DNA of 64,000 nt. Origin: Paramecium tetraurelia (lineage: Eukaryota). Below the pieces are notes generated by a model that saw only the letters and a program-made list of their open reading frames with translations, was not told the DNA's origin and made no database searches. A program made the translations under genes and the position numbers. Below are positions 12,826 through 26,752 of this stretch, piece after piece (the first letter of the stretch is position 1; each line of letters starts with the position of its first letter). The stretch is taken from NCBI GenBank assembly GCA_000165425.1, contig CT868045.1:62001-126000 (forward strand). The letters run 5' to 3'.

Positions 12826-13913
12826 ATGTATGATGTCTTGAAGTTTTAATTAGTTAGTAATATAAATTAAAGAATGAAAAATTAAACCAATTAATCGGAG
12901 ATCTGTCAATATTGCAATTTAAGTGACTGTGAATGTTCAGACCAAGAGGATTGGGACAGTTGTGATTCGCCTAAACCAAAAACTCTCTATTCTTTCAAAG
13001 AAATCAATCTGCAAAACAAATCATTATTAGCTGAAATCAGAATCATTTGCAAGAATTTGATTTATGTGATTGGCTTGGCACCCAACATAGCCAAGGAAGA
13101 TGTAATCTCATTTGTTTATTTCAGCAATTAAAAAAACCCGAGTATTTTGGGCAATATGGATAAATCTAAAAATTAATTGTGATCCAAAGCAACACCTTCA
13201 ATCCCCCCTCTCATGCCGCTTACATAACCTATCGAAATGAATAGGAAGCCTCTTTAGCAATCTTAGTAAATATAATTAATATTTATTTGTTTTGGCATGT
13301 GAAAAATTTCCCTTACACGACAGATAAGTAAAGGCATCCTTTGGAACCACCAAATATTGCACCAACTTCTTGAAGGGCCAACAATGCAAGATCAAGGATT
13401 GTGTATACTTACATCAACACCCCAAGGACAAGGACTCTACACAAGTGCTCAAAAAAGTATGTACATCTAATAATACTTAGGAAGAAATGAATAACTCCAA
13501 GTGGTTATTTTCGTATTCCTAAAAATTAGCCCAAACCAACTTCAAAAAGTTTTACACATCAATCAATTACAAAAATGCCCTCTAAAAATCAATATTCCCA
13601 ACAACACAAAACATTTTGGATCATATGATAAAGGAAAGAATTGTTGAACCACTTTAATAGCAATAATCATTAAACATACAATAAGAAGAAGTTAAAGAAA
13701 TACAATAAATCCAAGATTTACAATAACCCATTTATCAAAAACCAATTGATATTGAAAAACGAGTGGAGGCTGTCATCCTTTAAAGTAGTTCTATTTCTTA
13801 TCTTAGTGGACGGAGATGGCAATACCAATTCGAGATTCAAATTTACAAATAGTAAAATTATCCCATAAGATCATGAGGCAATATAATAAATAAAATAATA
13901 TCTTCAAAAATGA
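12826..13913 (+). CDS. NOT4: NOT4/CNOT4-like RRM + CCCH protein lacking an intact RING
   Basis: IRIICKNLIYVIGL, PEYFGQYGQIQK, AYITY, ASFGTTKYCTNFLKGQQCKIKDCVYLH; one intron has a non-canonical acceptor. Confidence 0.8.
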
Positions 13914-13983
13914 ATAATGACATAAAAATAAATCCATTTTTAATAATCTGTAAATTATCTTATTCAATTTATTATTTAATTCA

Positions 13984-16900
13984 TCAATACAACATTTAAT
14001 GTATACTTTTCGCTTGACTACGGACATTTGTTGTTAAAATATGATCGGGTGGTATCAAAACCAATATTTATCTCAATGACTAAATCTTCATCTACGATTG
14101 GTAAACCCATATAATACTCAAAACTATATACGATAAAAACAAACTAATTAATATATCATTACAATTAATACCATGTTCCTACACCAAAATAATATACTTG
14201 CACTATACTAATAATCTCATTTGCTATAGCAAGATTATCTGCTTAAAATAATACCAAAAATTATCTCATTACCGACTAAATATCAGTGAAATATTGCAAA
14301 ACAAAATTTTAAAAGGATTATTATTAAATAGTGATCATATTTGTCTCATTAAAATTATATTTTAAATTCTAAATTTCATAATCGAATTCTTAATTTATAA
14401 ATTTAATTAGTGCTGCAGTGTAACCCAATGCTCCATTACTAATTATGCTTCTGAAATTATCTTTCCTATTCATAATATATTATAAATTACTAATCGTATT
14501 GTAATTTAATTGTTGTTAAATCACAAATAGGCATAGTACCAGCTGTTGATGAAAGACATAAATCATAATTCAGTATTGTATCAAATCTGCTTTTTTCATT
14601 ATTTGCATTCGCATTCTCTAAAATTACCTGAGCTACTTCATTAATTAAAGGTGACAAATTGTCTCTAAATTCAACTAAAAGTGAACAAGCTTTCGTTTGA
14701 TTTAAAAATTGTAGATCAAGATTGGGAATAATTGATTCTGATTTAATTAGACCAGCCAATAGTGTTAATGAATCCATGTTGTGTCTTATTTACACAAATT
14801 TCAAGGTAACTGTTAGGGATGGTTAAAAATTATCATTTTTTGCCATATGTAATAAGAATCCTGCCATTAGATACACAGTTAGAAGTATTGTAATCATAAA
14901 AGTAATGAAGGCATTGATCCTATTCAGATAATATGTTCTTTATATTCTCGAATATAAGGCACTAGTCGCCTTTATATTATTCTGACCAAGTTCAACATTA
15001 GATTTGAGAATTATCTTTTTGGCCTTCCTCTCAGAAAAGCCATACATAACATCACCAAAATTAAAAAGCTTCCAATTTCCATTTATTTGGTTATCTAATT
15101 ATTCTTTAATTATGGACAACCGATTAATCTAATCAAATGCTTAATTTTCATTTAGTCTAGAAATCAAAAACAATATTGATTTTACAATATGATCAATAAA
15201 TAACCAATATTTTAGTTATAATCCAATAATTACAAATATGCTAAGCAATTCCCCAATCATGACGGATAAAAAATATTACTTAACTTAAGTTTACTTGTCA
15301 ATCGTATTTGCAATAACAACTTTAATTAATCGATTATGAAAGTCCAACATATCCAATAAGTTAAGTCTCACTACTCCATAAGGCATAATTTAGGGAAAAT
15401 CATAACTCCCACTGTTAATAAATTATCTATAAGAAGTCTCTGTTTTTTAGTACAAAATTGAATAAAATTCTTCCAAGGGATACTCAATAGTGACAATAGA
15501 TTTGTTTTCATAAAATCTTGTTTCCATCGTCGTTTATTGATTTTGCTCTTTTGATAGTCTAGGTACAATAATTACTAAATTGACTTATGATGTTCTAGCA
15601 TAGTCGTACATTCCTTATAATGTATCTAAGTTTCTTTAGAACATATATGGACTGAGGGTTACAAGTTTATTTTTTATTAAGATTAGGTAATATTCCTACA
15701 ATACTTCTGAGGTGTAAAAAAAATTGATATTTTAAGGTTGCCTTAGAGTATCAAGTTAATTTGTTTGAGATATTAGGTTTTCGGATATAAATTGAACATT
15801 AATAATGTTACTAATAAGAACTCCTGAGCATATAATAAACAACAATGCAGCTATTTTTCTTAAGGGACTGATTAGTTAAGTATTGTGATAAAGTTATTGT
15901 ACAATTAGAAGAGACTCTTTAGAAGTAGAATTCGTTGATGTTCTTGAAGGGTTCGATGCAAAGTCGTTTTCTTAGTTTTTTATTTATTTCGTTTGAAACC
16001 TCAGCAGAATATTTGAACTTTTTTTTTGGATTTAACTAACAGACAAAACCTTTTTTTCACCTTCCTCCTAATCTTCTTCTATTTAGTCTTGCTTTACTTC
16101 ATTTATTACCTATGAAGATAAATATAATCAAATACACACCTGCATGTCTAATTCAATTTGTTCCACTTCTTCGTTTATATCAATTTCAAAAATTTTGGGC
16201 CTAGCAAAGAGCGGTTATCTACTTGAATCAAATAAATTAGATCTATCTGATTATTTTAATTAAAATTTAAGATTATTGTCAGGGATAGAACTCTCATTAA
16301 GTTTTTAATTGTTATTCATTTACCTTACTTCTTAGATTTGAATCTGGGAATCGTCACGATTTTCGCTTCTTATATCTTAAGAGAAAGAGTGAGGGCTTTT
16401 TGTATAGCTAGCTGAAAATTCTTAGGAAGGTATTAGAGTTTAATATAGTGACTATTATGTTCTTGAAGTTTATTAATTGTTTGCTGTTTAACTTGAAATA
16501 GTTTTGAAATCTTTGATTGTTAACATAAAATAGCCATAGTTTCCTCTCTTGAAATTCAGAGTCTTAAATTAAAGACTATAAAAGACTCCTGTTTAAGGCA
16601 TCTTAGATAAGGAGTCATTTATTTCGACAAGTTTTTGTATTTGATATTCCACATCAGGATGCAATATTAAAAGTGGAATTCCATTGATTGATATATTTTA
16701 TTTTAACTCTGCTGACATTTCTGAATCATCATATTGCATATCAAATTATGTGTTTATCGTGTTGTAGGAATATTTTGAATATGTTTAAGACTTGTAGGAT
16801 CGATAATTTTATTAAGATCCTTCATTTCTTTTCTTGAATTAAGAGAATATTAATGAAGAATTTTACAAACATTCTATATGATTATTAGGCATAATCCAAA

Positions 16901-19248
16901 ATGATTTGAGATTATTCATCAAATAATTTGAAGATGATACAATCTGTTGTCTTAACTCTTAAACCTAACTAGCAATTCCAGGAATATAAAATTGAATCAA
17001 GGGACCTCTACTTAAGTACTCCTTCACTGGTATTTTTATACTATTCTAATCCTTAGTTGTCTAATGTGATAAATTCATTTTGAAATTGCTTTATAATACT
17101 TCTTCGTAAAAGTATTTGGTAAACCCTAAGATCTTTCCATCTATGCCAAATAAAATGATTTCATTATTTGATTGTTGTTTTGTAATTATCATATTTAGAA
17201 TAAAATCGTCCTTGTCATCAAAAAAGTTAAATAAATTCAAACTACATTATTCTAAGTATCCTGAGATATTTTGACAGAAGCTAGCTTCACCATTTATCAT
17301 AAGTTTAGAGTGTCCTCTTTATAAATAATTATCCATCAGCTTTTCATGAATCGATGATATGAAATTTGGCATCAGTTAATTGCAATGTTTAATGCCTTTA
17401 AGATTGTCTTCATTTTCGTTCAGGAATAGAGCAAGTTGTCTTACATTTAAGTTCAGCAGTTCTCCTCTCTTTTTAACTAGGCTAGACTTGAGGATTATTA
17501 ATCTATCTAGAGAATGATTTATTAGATTTCATACTTTATATCAATTGCATATTGTCCAAAGTCTCATCTTGTTTATATCTTTCATTTTTTATAAGTTCCT
17601 CAATTGACTTCTCTATTTAATAAGCTTAAAATGAATTAGAATATATTCCTGAATGATAAATTTAAATAATTCTTAATGTCAAGATGTCCGTTTGTTGCTG
17701 GCCTTTTAATTTGTTATTTACCATATCAAATCTCTTCTCTATTTCTTTTTTACATGTCAACATTTTTTGAGTTGTTTTGAGTGATTCTAATAAATAATGA
17801 TCGATGTCTTGGTATCCATTGATGAGTTTACTCCAAAAGCTAATTTTACTTTGAATGGTATCTATTAGAATAGGAAATAGTATGCTTGCAGAATGACTAG
17901 TCAAATAAGCAGATTGAACATTCAAAGACGACTAATGTTCATTAGTACTGCGAATTGTATTTTTATGATTGGCTTCCCTTTGATATTATTTGGCTCTTGA
18001 GTACAATTCAAGAGAAAGATTACTGAAAGCTTGTTTAAAGTAAGTGTTATTAGCTTATTGTAAGATCAATTTTATAAGAGCTTTAAGAGGAGCATGATTG
18101 GAAACATAATTGCAATATACAAGAATATTGATGAGTTCCTTGTTTTTTGAATTCGACATTTTTCTTAATAGACATTCGGGGATAGAGTGTGGGGATTTAC
18201 ATTTTAAGCAGTTATGATTTTTTTATAAAAGTGAAAGAACTACCTTCGAACTTTTATCTCCTTATTAGTTATAATATTCAATATTCTAAATTAGACAATA
18301 AACATACTTAAATTGTTGTAAAATTGCTTTAATTTTTACATGTAATGTAATGTTAGTTAAAATTTGATTAAACTTGTAATAATAAATTAATCAAGAGAGT
18401 AAAAAGAAGAAGTAGTTCAAAGATACTCAATTTCAAGTTTAAGGAAGTATTTATAATAGCAAATATAATCTCTAATATTAGGTATCCTTGTTAATTATTT
18501 TTCTTTATATTTACTAATATAAAAATCATATTGTTTATGATAGTAAATGCAAACCTTAAAACTTACAGTAAATCAATAACTTTGAATATAAGAATGAGTA
18601 ATTATAATGCTTAATATATTGCATTTATTATAATAGTTTAATCTAAATTGTATATTGAGTTGTCTTCCATTAATTTTTCACATCTTCCAAAATATAATAA
18701 AACCCCTCCGATTGCCAATGATGCCAGAAAGTTTATAATACTTATGATTATTAATATAATATAGCCATAGCTGGAACATATAGAGCTGTTTGAACAAATA
18801 TTATCATCGTAAATAAATATGAGTGACATGTAGATATTCGGGATGGCTAGGACTTAATTGTAATAAAACAGGAATTGTTGAAGGATAATTGAGATTACAT
18901 TTGAGGGATTTTATTTAAATATGAGAATGGCAAGCAATCCAACTGCTGAGCAATGCAAAATGAACATAAGTATAATTAAAAGGATAAGTTATGTGTTTGT
19001 TACAGAAGTAACTACAAAGCAATAATTAATGAGTGAAATCAAAGGACTTTTGCATAACGGAAATATTTTACCTAAAGTTTGAAATTGATTTAAAATGGGA
19101 ATCATTTGCAATTGCTATTTCTTATGCTTTCTTAATAGAATATATTGCAAAGAACACCTAGAGTTTTGATATTCACTAATACATGAAGGATGTTAAAATT
19201 ATATCTAGGATGAGTCAGAAGATGAAATTATTTAAGCAATTTTTCCAT
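13984..19248 (-). CDS. Large PAS-domain multi-pass membrane protein (TmcB/TmcC-like ciliate family)
   Basis: N- and C-terminal hydrophobic clusters; HCNQLMPNFISSIHEKLMDNYL PAS-like motif; ends LVLIPPDHIL...IHQMLY-TGA; internal exon boundaries not fully traced. Confidence 0.75.
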
Positions 19249-19390
19249 AAAAATTATAATCTGATAATATGTTTATAATTCATAAAGTTGAAATCTTACA
19301 TAATTAATTGTGCAAATTATAATACAACATTTGATAGAAAAAGAAAATTTATAATTGAAGCCATAATTAATTCAAAAGCATTTCTGATTT

Positions 19391-19832
19391 TTTATCGGAG
19401 AACATATATAGGAAGATAATATTTTGAAGCCAAAACCTGATTTTTCAAAGTTCCCATTTTTGGGATTGTACTTCTCTGCAAGTTGACGTCCTCCTAATCG
19501 ATATTTGACATGAATGTTAAAGAAATTACCATGCAGAAATTAAAAGGACACATAATTTTGAAATCATTTTGGTGAACCATGATGAAGATGAAAGAGAATT
19601 CAAATTATATTATTAAAAAATACCAGGGTAACATACTCTATGGTCTGAAATATGCCAATAAGTTAATGAAATAGAATTTGCAAACCTTAAACTATACTAC
19701 ATTTATGCATTTGTATTAGGAAAGGAATTTAGTAACACATGGAGGCAGAGATGATTTAGCTGATTGTGGAATGAAAGCTTGGAATCATAGAGGATACATA
19801 GATGTAGAAAGAAGGAATTATAGATAAAGTGA
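19391..19832 (+). pseudogene. Nucleoredoxin/tryparedoxin-like thioredoxin pseudogene
   Basis: FLGLYFSAS*RPPN (expected WCPPC), second in-frame TGA at 19511, then a frameshift to NFEIILVNHDEDEREFKLYY and later GGRDDLADCGMKAW. Confidence 0.75.
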
Positions 19833-19970
19833 TTAATTTTGATAATTAAATTGCTGATGCATATGAAATTAAAATATTAATTACTATTGTATAAATTTAT
19901 AACACACTAAAATTAATATAACAAATTATGATGCGTATTAAGTTTAATATTTAAGTTATCTTATATTAAA

Positions 19971-21488
19971 ATGTCGCAATCTCCCCATAAATGGCATCAA
20001 GAATCTATTGATTCTCAAAAATCGAAGATGGAGAAAACTGTTCCAATTTGCCCACTTCCGTAAGATGTTGCAACTCTCACCTTACCCAATGGCAAAACTG
20101 TTCAGCTACCAGTTTACAAAGGGACTAAAGGTCCTCCAATGATCGATATTACCTAGTTATATTCGAAGACAGGATATTTTACTTTGGATCCTGGATTCTC
20201 ATCAACTGGAGCGTATAAAATATATAAGAATTGATTTAGATGCATGTCGACCATGACCTACATAGATGGAGATAAGGGAGAATTATTATATAGGGGTTAT
20301 CCAATAGAGACTTTGGCCAAATACTCCTCTTACATAGAAGTGTGCTATTTATTCATATACGGACATCTACCATCTTAAAAGGAATTATAATTATTTGAAG
20401 AGACTATGGTGAGTGAGATGATGATAAATGAGAAACTGATTGAGTTTTACAAAGGGTTTGCATCTGATAGTCATCCAATGGCAATTATGGTGGGTGTAGT
20501 TGGTGCTTTGAGTGCTTTTATGCACAAGGATTTCGATGTCAATGACCCAAGGGATAGAGAATACATCGCCATCAAATTAGTAGCCAAAATGCCAACTCTG
20601 GCAGCCTACGCATACAGAACAGCTTTGGGATTACCTATTATATATCCAAATAAAAAGTACTCTTTCATTGAGAATTTCTTATATATGGTATCTATTTACA
20701 ATAAACAACAAGATGTTCTCAACTCCAATGAATGACTTTAATGTTGATAAAGTGATTGTTAAAGCATTGGATACTATCTTTATGTTGCATGCAGATCATG
20801 AATAAAATGCATCCACTTCCACTGTCAGAATAGCTGGGTCTTCTTTGGCAAATCCATTTGCATGCATTGCTGCAGGAATTACAGCCTTATGGGGACCATA
20901 TCACGGAGGTGCTAATGAAGCAGTGTTGAATATGCTCAAGGAAATTGGAAATAAGGAAAATATACCTAAATATCTTCAGAAGGCTAAATCTAAAGACAAC
21001 TCTTTTAGATTGATGGGGTTCGGACATAGAGTTTATAAGAATTACGATCCTAGAGCAAAAGTTATGTAGGAAATGTGTTACAATGTCTTAGAAAAAACCA
21101 AGAGGGCCAATGATATTCTAGAGGTATTCATCTATTTAAATGATAGTTGGCAATTTAACTAGAATAAACAGCCTTGAAAGATGACTATTTCATTTAAAGG
21201 AAATTGTATCCAAATGTTGATTTCTATACAGGAATTGTCTATGAAGCCTTAAGCATCCCAACTTCAATGTTTACTGTGATGTTTGCAGTGTAAAGAAGTA
21301 TTGGATGGATTTGTCAATGGATGGAGATGATGTCAGAAAAAGTTTAAAGAATTAGTAGACCAAGATAATTATATGTTGGGGAGGACCAGAGAGAATATAT
21401 TCCTATTAAGGATAGAAAAGAAGAAGAAAAGAGTAGAGTCTGTAAGTTACCTATGCACAGCAGCTTATTTGGTCTTGTTAAAGTGTGA
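19971..21488 (+). CDS. Citrate synthase, bacterial type II (GltA-like), 3 introns
   Basis: [78 protein letters not shown]. Confidence 0.95.
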
Positions 21489-21631
21489 TCAAATTTATAT
21501 ATGAGAACCATTTATAATATAATTATATTATTCTCTTAAAATAATAAAGAGAATCCATTACTCAACAACAGTTATCACTAGATTTTATTTATAAATAAGC
21601 CTTAATAAATATAATTAACATAAAAAATGAT

Positions 21632-22159
21632 TCAATTTACAGGTTTTATCTATTATAATTAAATAGAAGCATACTCTAAAATGAAGTCCAATTAATGAAA
21701 ATACAAAGCATTTCAAGTCTTGGATCAGATAAAAGAAAACTCTTAAGCCATCTGGATCCTAACTGCTTTACACATCATGAATTGATCCAAGTTTTGATGT
21801 AGTAAATGAAATGTGAGCATTCCCCAATTTGATTTCTAATTCTTGTCTTCCAATTTTATCTGGAGCTGGCCATTTTGAATCATTCTCTCTTCAATTATAT
21901 TCAATTTATACTTAATGATTTCTGATTCTTCGATTATTCTCTTGAACTCTGAAATCACTGATTCTGAAACATAGCATTCCTTTCTGATTAAAACATCTGA
22001 TTTATAGTTGGAATTATTCGCATATCTTAATCTTCCATCACTCCTAAACTCAAATTCAAGAAATTCATGTCCATACACACCTTTGTGTCCAACACTAATT
22101 ATACATCTGATAAATTACTAATATCTGAGATAAAACTCATCATTTTAATTTGTTTGCAT
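21632..22159 (-). CDS. MAGO: Mago nashi (exon junction complex)
   Basis: [37 protein letters not shown]...[20 protein letters not shown]; 3 introns. Confidence 0.97.
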
Positions 22160-22667
22160 TTTTAATAATTTAATTAAATAGTGATTATTTAATAAACAAA
22201 ATATTATTAGCTATAAAATCATATCAGAAAGCCATCAAATAACTCATATAAACAGTTTAATGATGCAATTTTTCACTCAATTTTGTCAATCATAATCTTC
22301 AGTAGTTCTTCAAGTTTTCTACAAATTTAATACTTTACCTCAAAAAAGATTCTAATATCAATTTAGAGTGTATTATTAATTGGGAATGAGACAAGAGATT
22401 TTTAAATCAATTTGGTTAAATACGAATATCTTTTACTCTTAAATTTTATGTTTATTCTATTTTTTCGCATTTTGGTTCCTATAAGAAAGTTTTGTTAAAA
22501 TAATTTTTTAAAGATTCAATTATTAGGTTGGATTATATAATAGAAGATGTAATTGTAATATGTAGTCATTTAATATTTTAGGTAATAAAGTGGAGATGAT
22601 AAAAAATAAATAAATTCCTATGAATATTTTGAACATTAATTATTTCAGATGTATTTTTTTATAGATA

Positions 22668-23245
22668 TCATTCCTAGCCGATCTCTGCACCAAAAGAATC
22701 AATATCTTCATCTTAATCCACTTTCTATTAGACTTTTTCTTTTTTTGCAATTGATTTATTGGTTTTGGCTTGACTCTTGCCGTTGATTTGTTTGCCTGTT
22801 TATGTGCAATAGAGTTCATTTTCTTATGAGTAACGACTTCTGTCTTTTAAGGCTTGATCGTGATATGACTATGCATTAAAAAATAGTTCGAGTACCTACT
22901 AAATTTCTTTTGGTAAATCTTTCCATTCACTAGCAATTAATTTTGTGATTTCTTAAAATTGTAGATCTAGTATAGCATTAAAAAAGACTTGGATATTGTT
23001 ATTGAAATTTCTCTCTTTTGTCTTAAAAATAAAAGATGAATGCTGATTTAGGCATCTTGGGAGCCAATGGATCTTTATGTTTTTTTTGTTTTTTTTGTTT
23101 TGTGACTTATTGCTTTGGTTATTCTTCTGGTTCTGGTGTTGGTGCTAAATAGGATTCAACCAAAGCTTTAAATCGTATTAGAAAATTTTCAAACTTGCTT
23201 TGTTCTTTTTTCTATTTATGATATTATCATAATTACATCTTACAT
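22668..23245 (-). CDS. HMG-box protein (167 aa, 3 introns)
   Basis: KDPLAPKMPKSAFIFYFQDKRE...EITKLIASEWKDLP...YHDQAQKDRSRY; acidic tail. Confidence 0.92.
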
Positions 23246-23348
23246 CTCTGAATCAAGATTTTGGATTAATAATATATATAAATATTTAACATAATTCCTA
23301 TCAGACCGAAACTATATAATAAAAACTTAAGTAATTCATTTGCAACAC

Positions 23349-23888
23349 TCATTGAAAATAGGAATCAGACCACAAATCATTGAGGAAGATGCGACAATTT
23401 CTGTCAGTAAACCACCTCTCCTTCTCCAAACTGGATTTCATAATCTCAGTATCCATCATCTTCCTCAATCTCCAGTCTCTCTTCCTAGATTTATTTATTA
23501 AGGTCTAATTTTTGGGACTCTAATAAAATGTCCTCAAATGACATTCTTTGGGAATCGGTTTAAAAATAATTAACCCATTCTTCTTCTTCAAAACTTTTTT
23601 ATCAGGAATAAGCGGCGGTTATTGGGAATTCTCAATTTAAGGCATATTAAATTGAAAAGTCTTAGTAATCGAAGTAATTTCAAAGAGATCGCATCCCACA
23701 CCTTTGTCTTCAAATTTTTTATCAGCCTGTGAGTGATATCTGACTTGAGGAGATGTTGTTGTTGAGATTTTTCGATTTCTTATTTTGGCAGGTGTAGTTC
23801 CACCCAAAAGATAGGTTTCATGATTAGATGTCTCCATCCTCCTGGGAGTTCTCTTCTATAGTGTACATTACATGACAATTAGATCCAT
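23349..23888 (-). CDS. Hypothetical protein (1 intron)
   Basis: Code-6 ORF MDLIVMQ...RIFLNDLWSDSYFQ-TGA; start uncertain. Confidence 0.6.
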
Positions 23889-23938
23889 AGCGATGACCTA
23901 TTTATAACAAATTAATATATTTATCATCAATATTATAA

Positions 23939-24339
23939 TCAAAGAAGCGTCTTTCCGATTTCGAATACTTTTTTTAAACCACATAGATTGTCAGTTTTAA
24001 CGAATTGACTTTCGATTTTGCGTTTTTATAAATAGGAATCACAAGTCTTTAATTACTTTGCCAAAGACATTCTTCTACTGACAAAATATCTGGAGATCAT
24101 AATACAATAAGTTCTTACTTTTCTTATGGAATCAATTGTGCCTTGCTAGTATTTTAAGTATTCTAATTAGATTTGATTTAAATCATTCTGGAGGATGATT
24201 GAGTGCTGATGCTAACTGATCTTGCTAGGATGAGATGTAAATTTGAATATTTAGAGGGATTATAAATAGGTTTTTTGGTATTTGATTGTCTCATCAGTAA
24301 ACTCAACTTAATTAAATTCTCATTCAAGTCTTGATCCAT
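23939..24339 (-). CDS. Hypothetical protein (1 intron)
   Basis: MDQDLNENLIKLSLLMR...VFEIGKTLL-TGA. Confidence 0.55.
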
Positions 24340-24384
24340 ATTTATTTTGTGTAAAATATTTATTTAGTGTAAATGAATTATAAA

Positions 24385-25163
24385 TCATTTTAAATTCTCT
24401 TTCTGTCCTTGCATCTTTTACATCAACAGATGCAAATTACTTATGCTTAACTACGATCGATTTGTTGATCTTGGTTATAGAATTCCTTCAGCTACCAAAT
24501 TTTTAAGATCCATGCTATTATTCTTAATTAACGATGAATTTTTCTTTTTCGAGTTCTGAATAACTAATTTTTGTTATTTTATAAGCGTATTCTAACTGTT
24601 GTCACGAGAATGTCGAGGAGAACTGGCAATTGATATAAATTGAGGAGATTTGTCCCCAGCTAACAATTTGGCAAGTGGAGACCTTGCAGAATGCACTTGC
24701 TTTTGGATTTCTACATCCTTTTTGTCTTTGATTATAGAGGTCTCACTCAAACTTTGACATTGTTCAATTGCTGATTCTTCGTCAATTTGAGTGAGTTGTC
24801 TGGGTTCTGCTATGCTCTTTTCATCAAGTACAATTTATTTGTTGTATGCACTCCAAATGTCATCGATTATTACATTGACGATCATTTACAAATTGGCTTT
24901 AAAAATATTTGAATTCAATTTGTAATGTTCTGCTAATTTAAAATCCTTTAAGGGAATCTCTTTTTATATTGCCAATTTCAACAATTCCTATAATGTTAAG
25001 TTTAACTCACTTAGATAGTGTATGTGTGTTCCTATTGGAAAATCTCCTTGAATAAAGCGAATATTTTTTCCACGAAATTAGATGCCAATCTGTTGAAGAT
25101 ATTATCGATCTCCAAAAATTTCTGACTTTCCCTCTGTACCCTCAAGAAATCCAACTCTTACAT
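24385..25163 (-). CDS. Hypothetical protein (1 intron)
   Basis: MQELDFLRVQRES...LLMQKMQGQKENLK-TGA. Confidence 0.7.
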
Positions 25164-25295
25164 AAATTTTAGATCGTTAAAAAAATATATTAATGACAAC
25201 AATTATAAATATTTAAATTAATGCAATTCAATGAAGAACCCAGCATGCAAATAAGTAAATCGCAATAATTTAGCACATATAATATATATTCTAGG

Positions 25296-26720
25296 TCAGA
25301 TTATAGGCAAATTTTAAGCTGGCAAACTCTAATTCCGATTATTTCGTTTCTGATTTGGCGAATGTTCAATTAGCACTGGCAATTGACTGATCCTTCTCTA
25401 TTGCAAATAAGGAGTTTCCTCCTAAGAGAGTCTTCGATATCGTTATTTTAGTTATTGATAAATGGGCACTTCCTTCTAATATTCAAGTAGGATCTTGGCA
25501 ATCACATTCCTATCAGAATAGTTATGTGCCTTCTTATGCTTCCCAGAATAGTTTATTGAATACTATTATTCTTTAATTAATATATAAATACTTAAAAGCA
25601 ATTCCTATTCTGCCAGGTATTAGGAAATTCTAGTAGGGTTTGGAGAAGACTACTATGAACCAGCTCCTAGAGTTGTTTGTCTATTTCTGTTGATGGTCTC
25701 CTGGGTGTCACTATTTTAATGGGCCTCCGTTTTATATTTTTGATTGCTGTAATTAGCTTTGGGTAACATGTTTGCAATGGAAATTTAATTTTTAGGGAAT
25801 ATGATAGTATTTAGCAACTTGCTTTGATCTTCGATTGTTTGTGTTTTAAATCTATTAAAATATGGGAGTTCACTTAAGGCTTAGGATGTGGGTCTTAAGT
25901 GTGTTTGGACTTACAACATCATCCTTATGACATTTTGTAAATCTTAGGAATATTGGGAGGGAAGTCTTGGATAGAGACCTACATGTTATGTTGTCTGGAG
26001 AAATACCTTTGATTACTTTCTTGTACAGTCCTTCCATGTCTTCTGCTCTAAATGGAGGTTTGAGAGCAGCCATTTCGTAAGTTACACATCCCAACGACCA
26101 GATATCAGATTTCTGATCATAGGGCTGATCCTTCCACACCTCAGGACTTGCATAATAGGGTGTTCCTGTTTGTGTGTAAAGCAATCCCTTTTTGGCTACC
26201 TTTGAAACATTCATGTCTCCCAGTTTCACATCTCCATTTGATTACAAAAAAATATTTGCACTTTTTAAGTCTCTATGGAATATTTTTAAATCATGCAACG
26301 CTTTTAAACCACTAGCAATTTGAAAAGTAATTTTCATAATGTCATTTTCAGGCATAAATGTATTTGATTTGATACATTTCTAAATTTGCTAGAACAGGTC
26401 TCCATTATCAGCAAGTTCCATCACGATACTGTTGTATAATTATTAAATATCATTACCATAATGAATTGCTGTTGACATCAATGAAGGCTTCTTTGTAGCT
26501 GATTATAAAGGGGTGTTTAATAGAAGCCAATATTCTAACTTCGTTTAAAGCATTTTATTTCTCCTTATCACTCAAGTTTGTTAGGTTAACCTTTTTCAAG
26601 GCGTATTCTGCATTGTCCTCAATTCTTCTCACTTTATACACTGTTGAGTAGGCTCCCTCACCTATTATATAAGTAAACTAAACCTAATTTTGACATAATC
26701 TTGAAATCTTTAAGTGACAT
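25296..26720 (-). CDS. NIMA-related (NEK) protein kinase
   Basis: GEGAYSTV, YALKKV, ALNEVRILAS, HRDLKSANIF, KLGDMNVSKV, TQTGTPYYASPEVW. Confidence 0.95.
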
Positions 26721-26752
26721 TTATAATTATTTAATATATATATTAATAATCA

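Noticed and set aside
13255..13285. Retained 29-bp TA-bounded IES as an explanation of the NOT4 frameshift
   Set aside because: The ends fit the TAYAG IES consensus poorly, and the GTAAAT donor with AIL|AC continuity fits an intron better
19484..19486. Selenocysteine recoding of the TGA in the thioredoxin-like sequence
   Set aside because: The TGA occupies the Trp position rather than a Cys position; both cysteines are mutated and further stops and frameshifts follow
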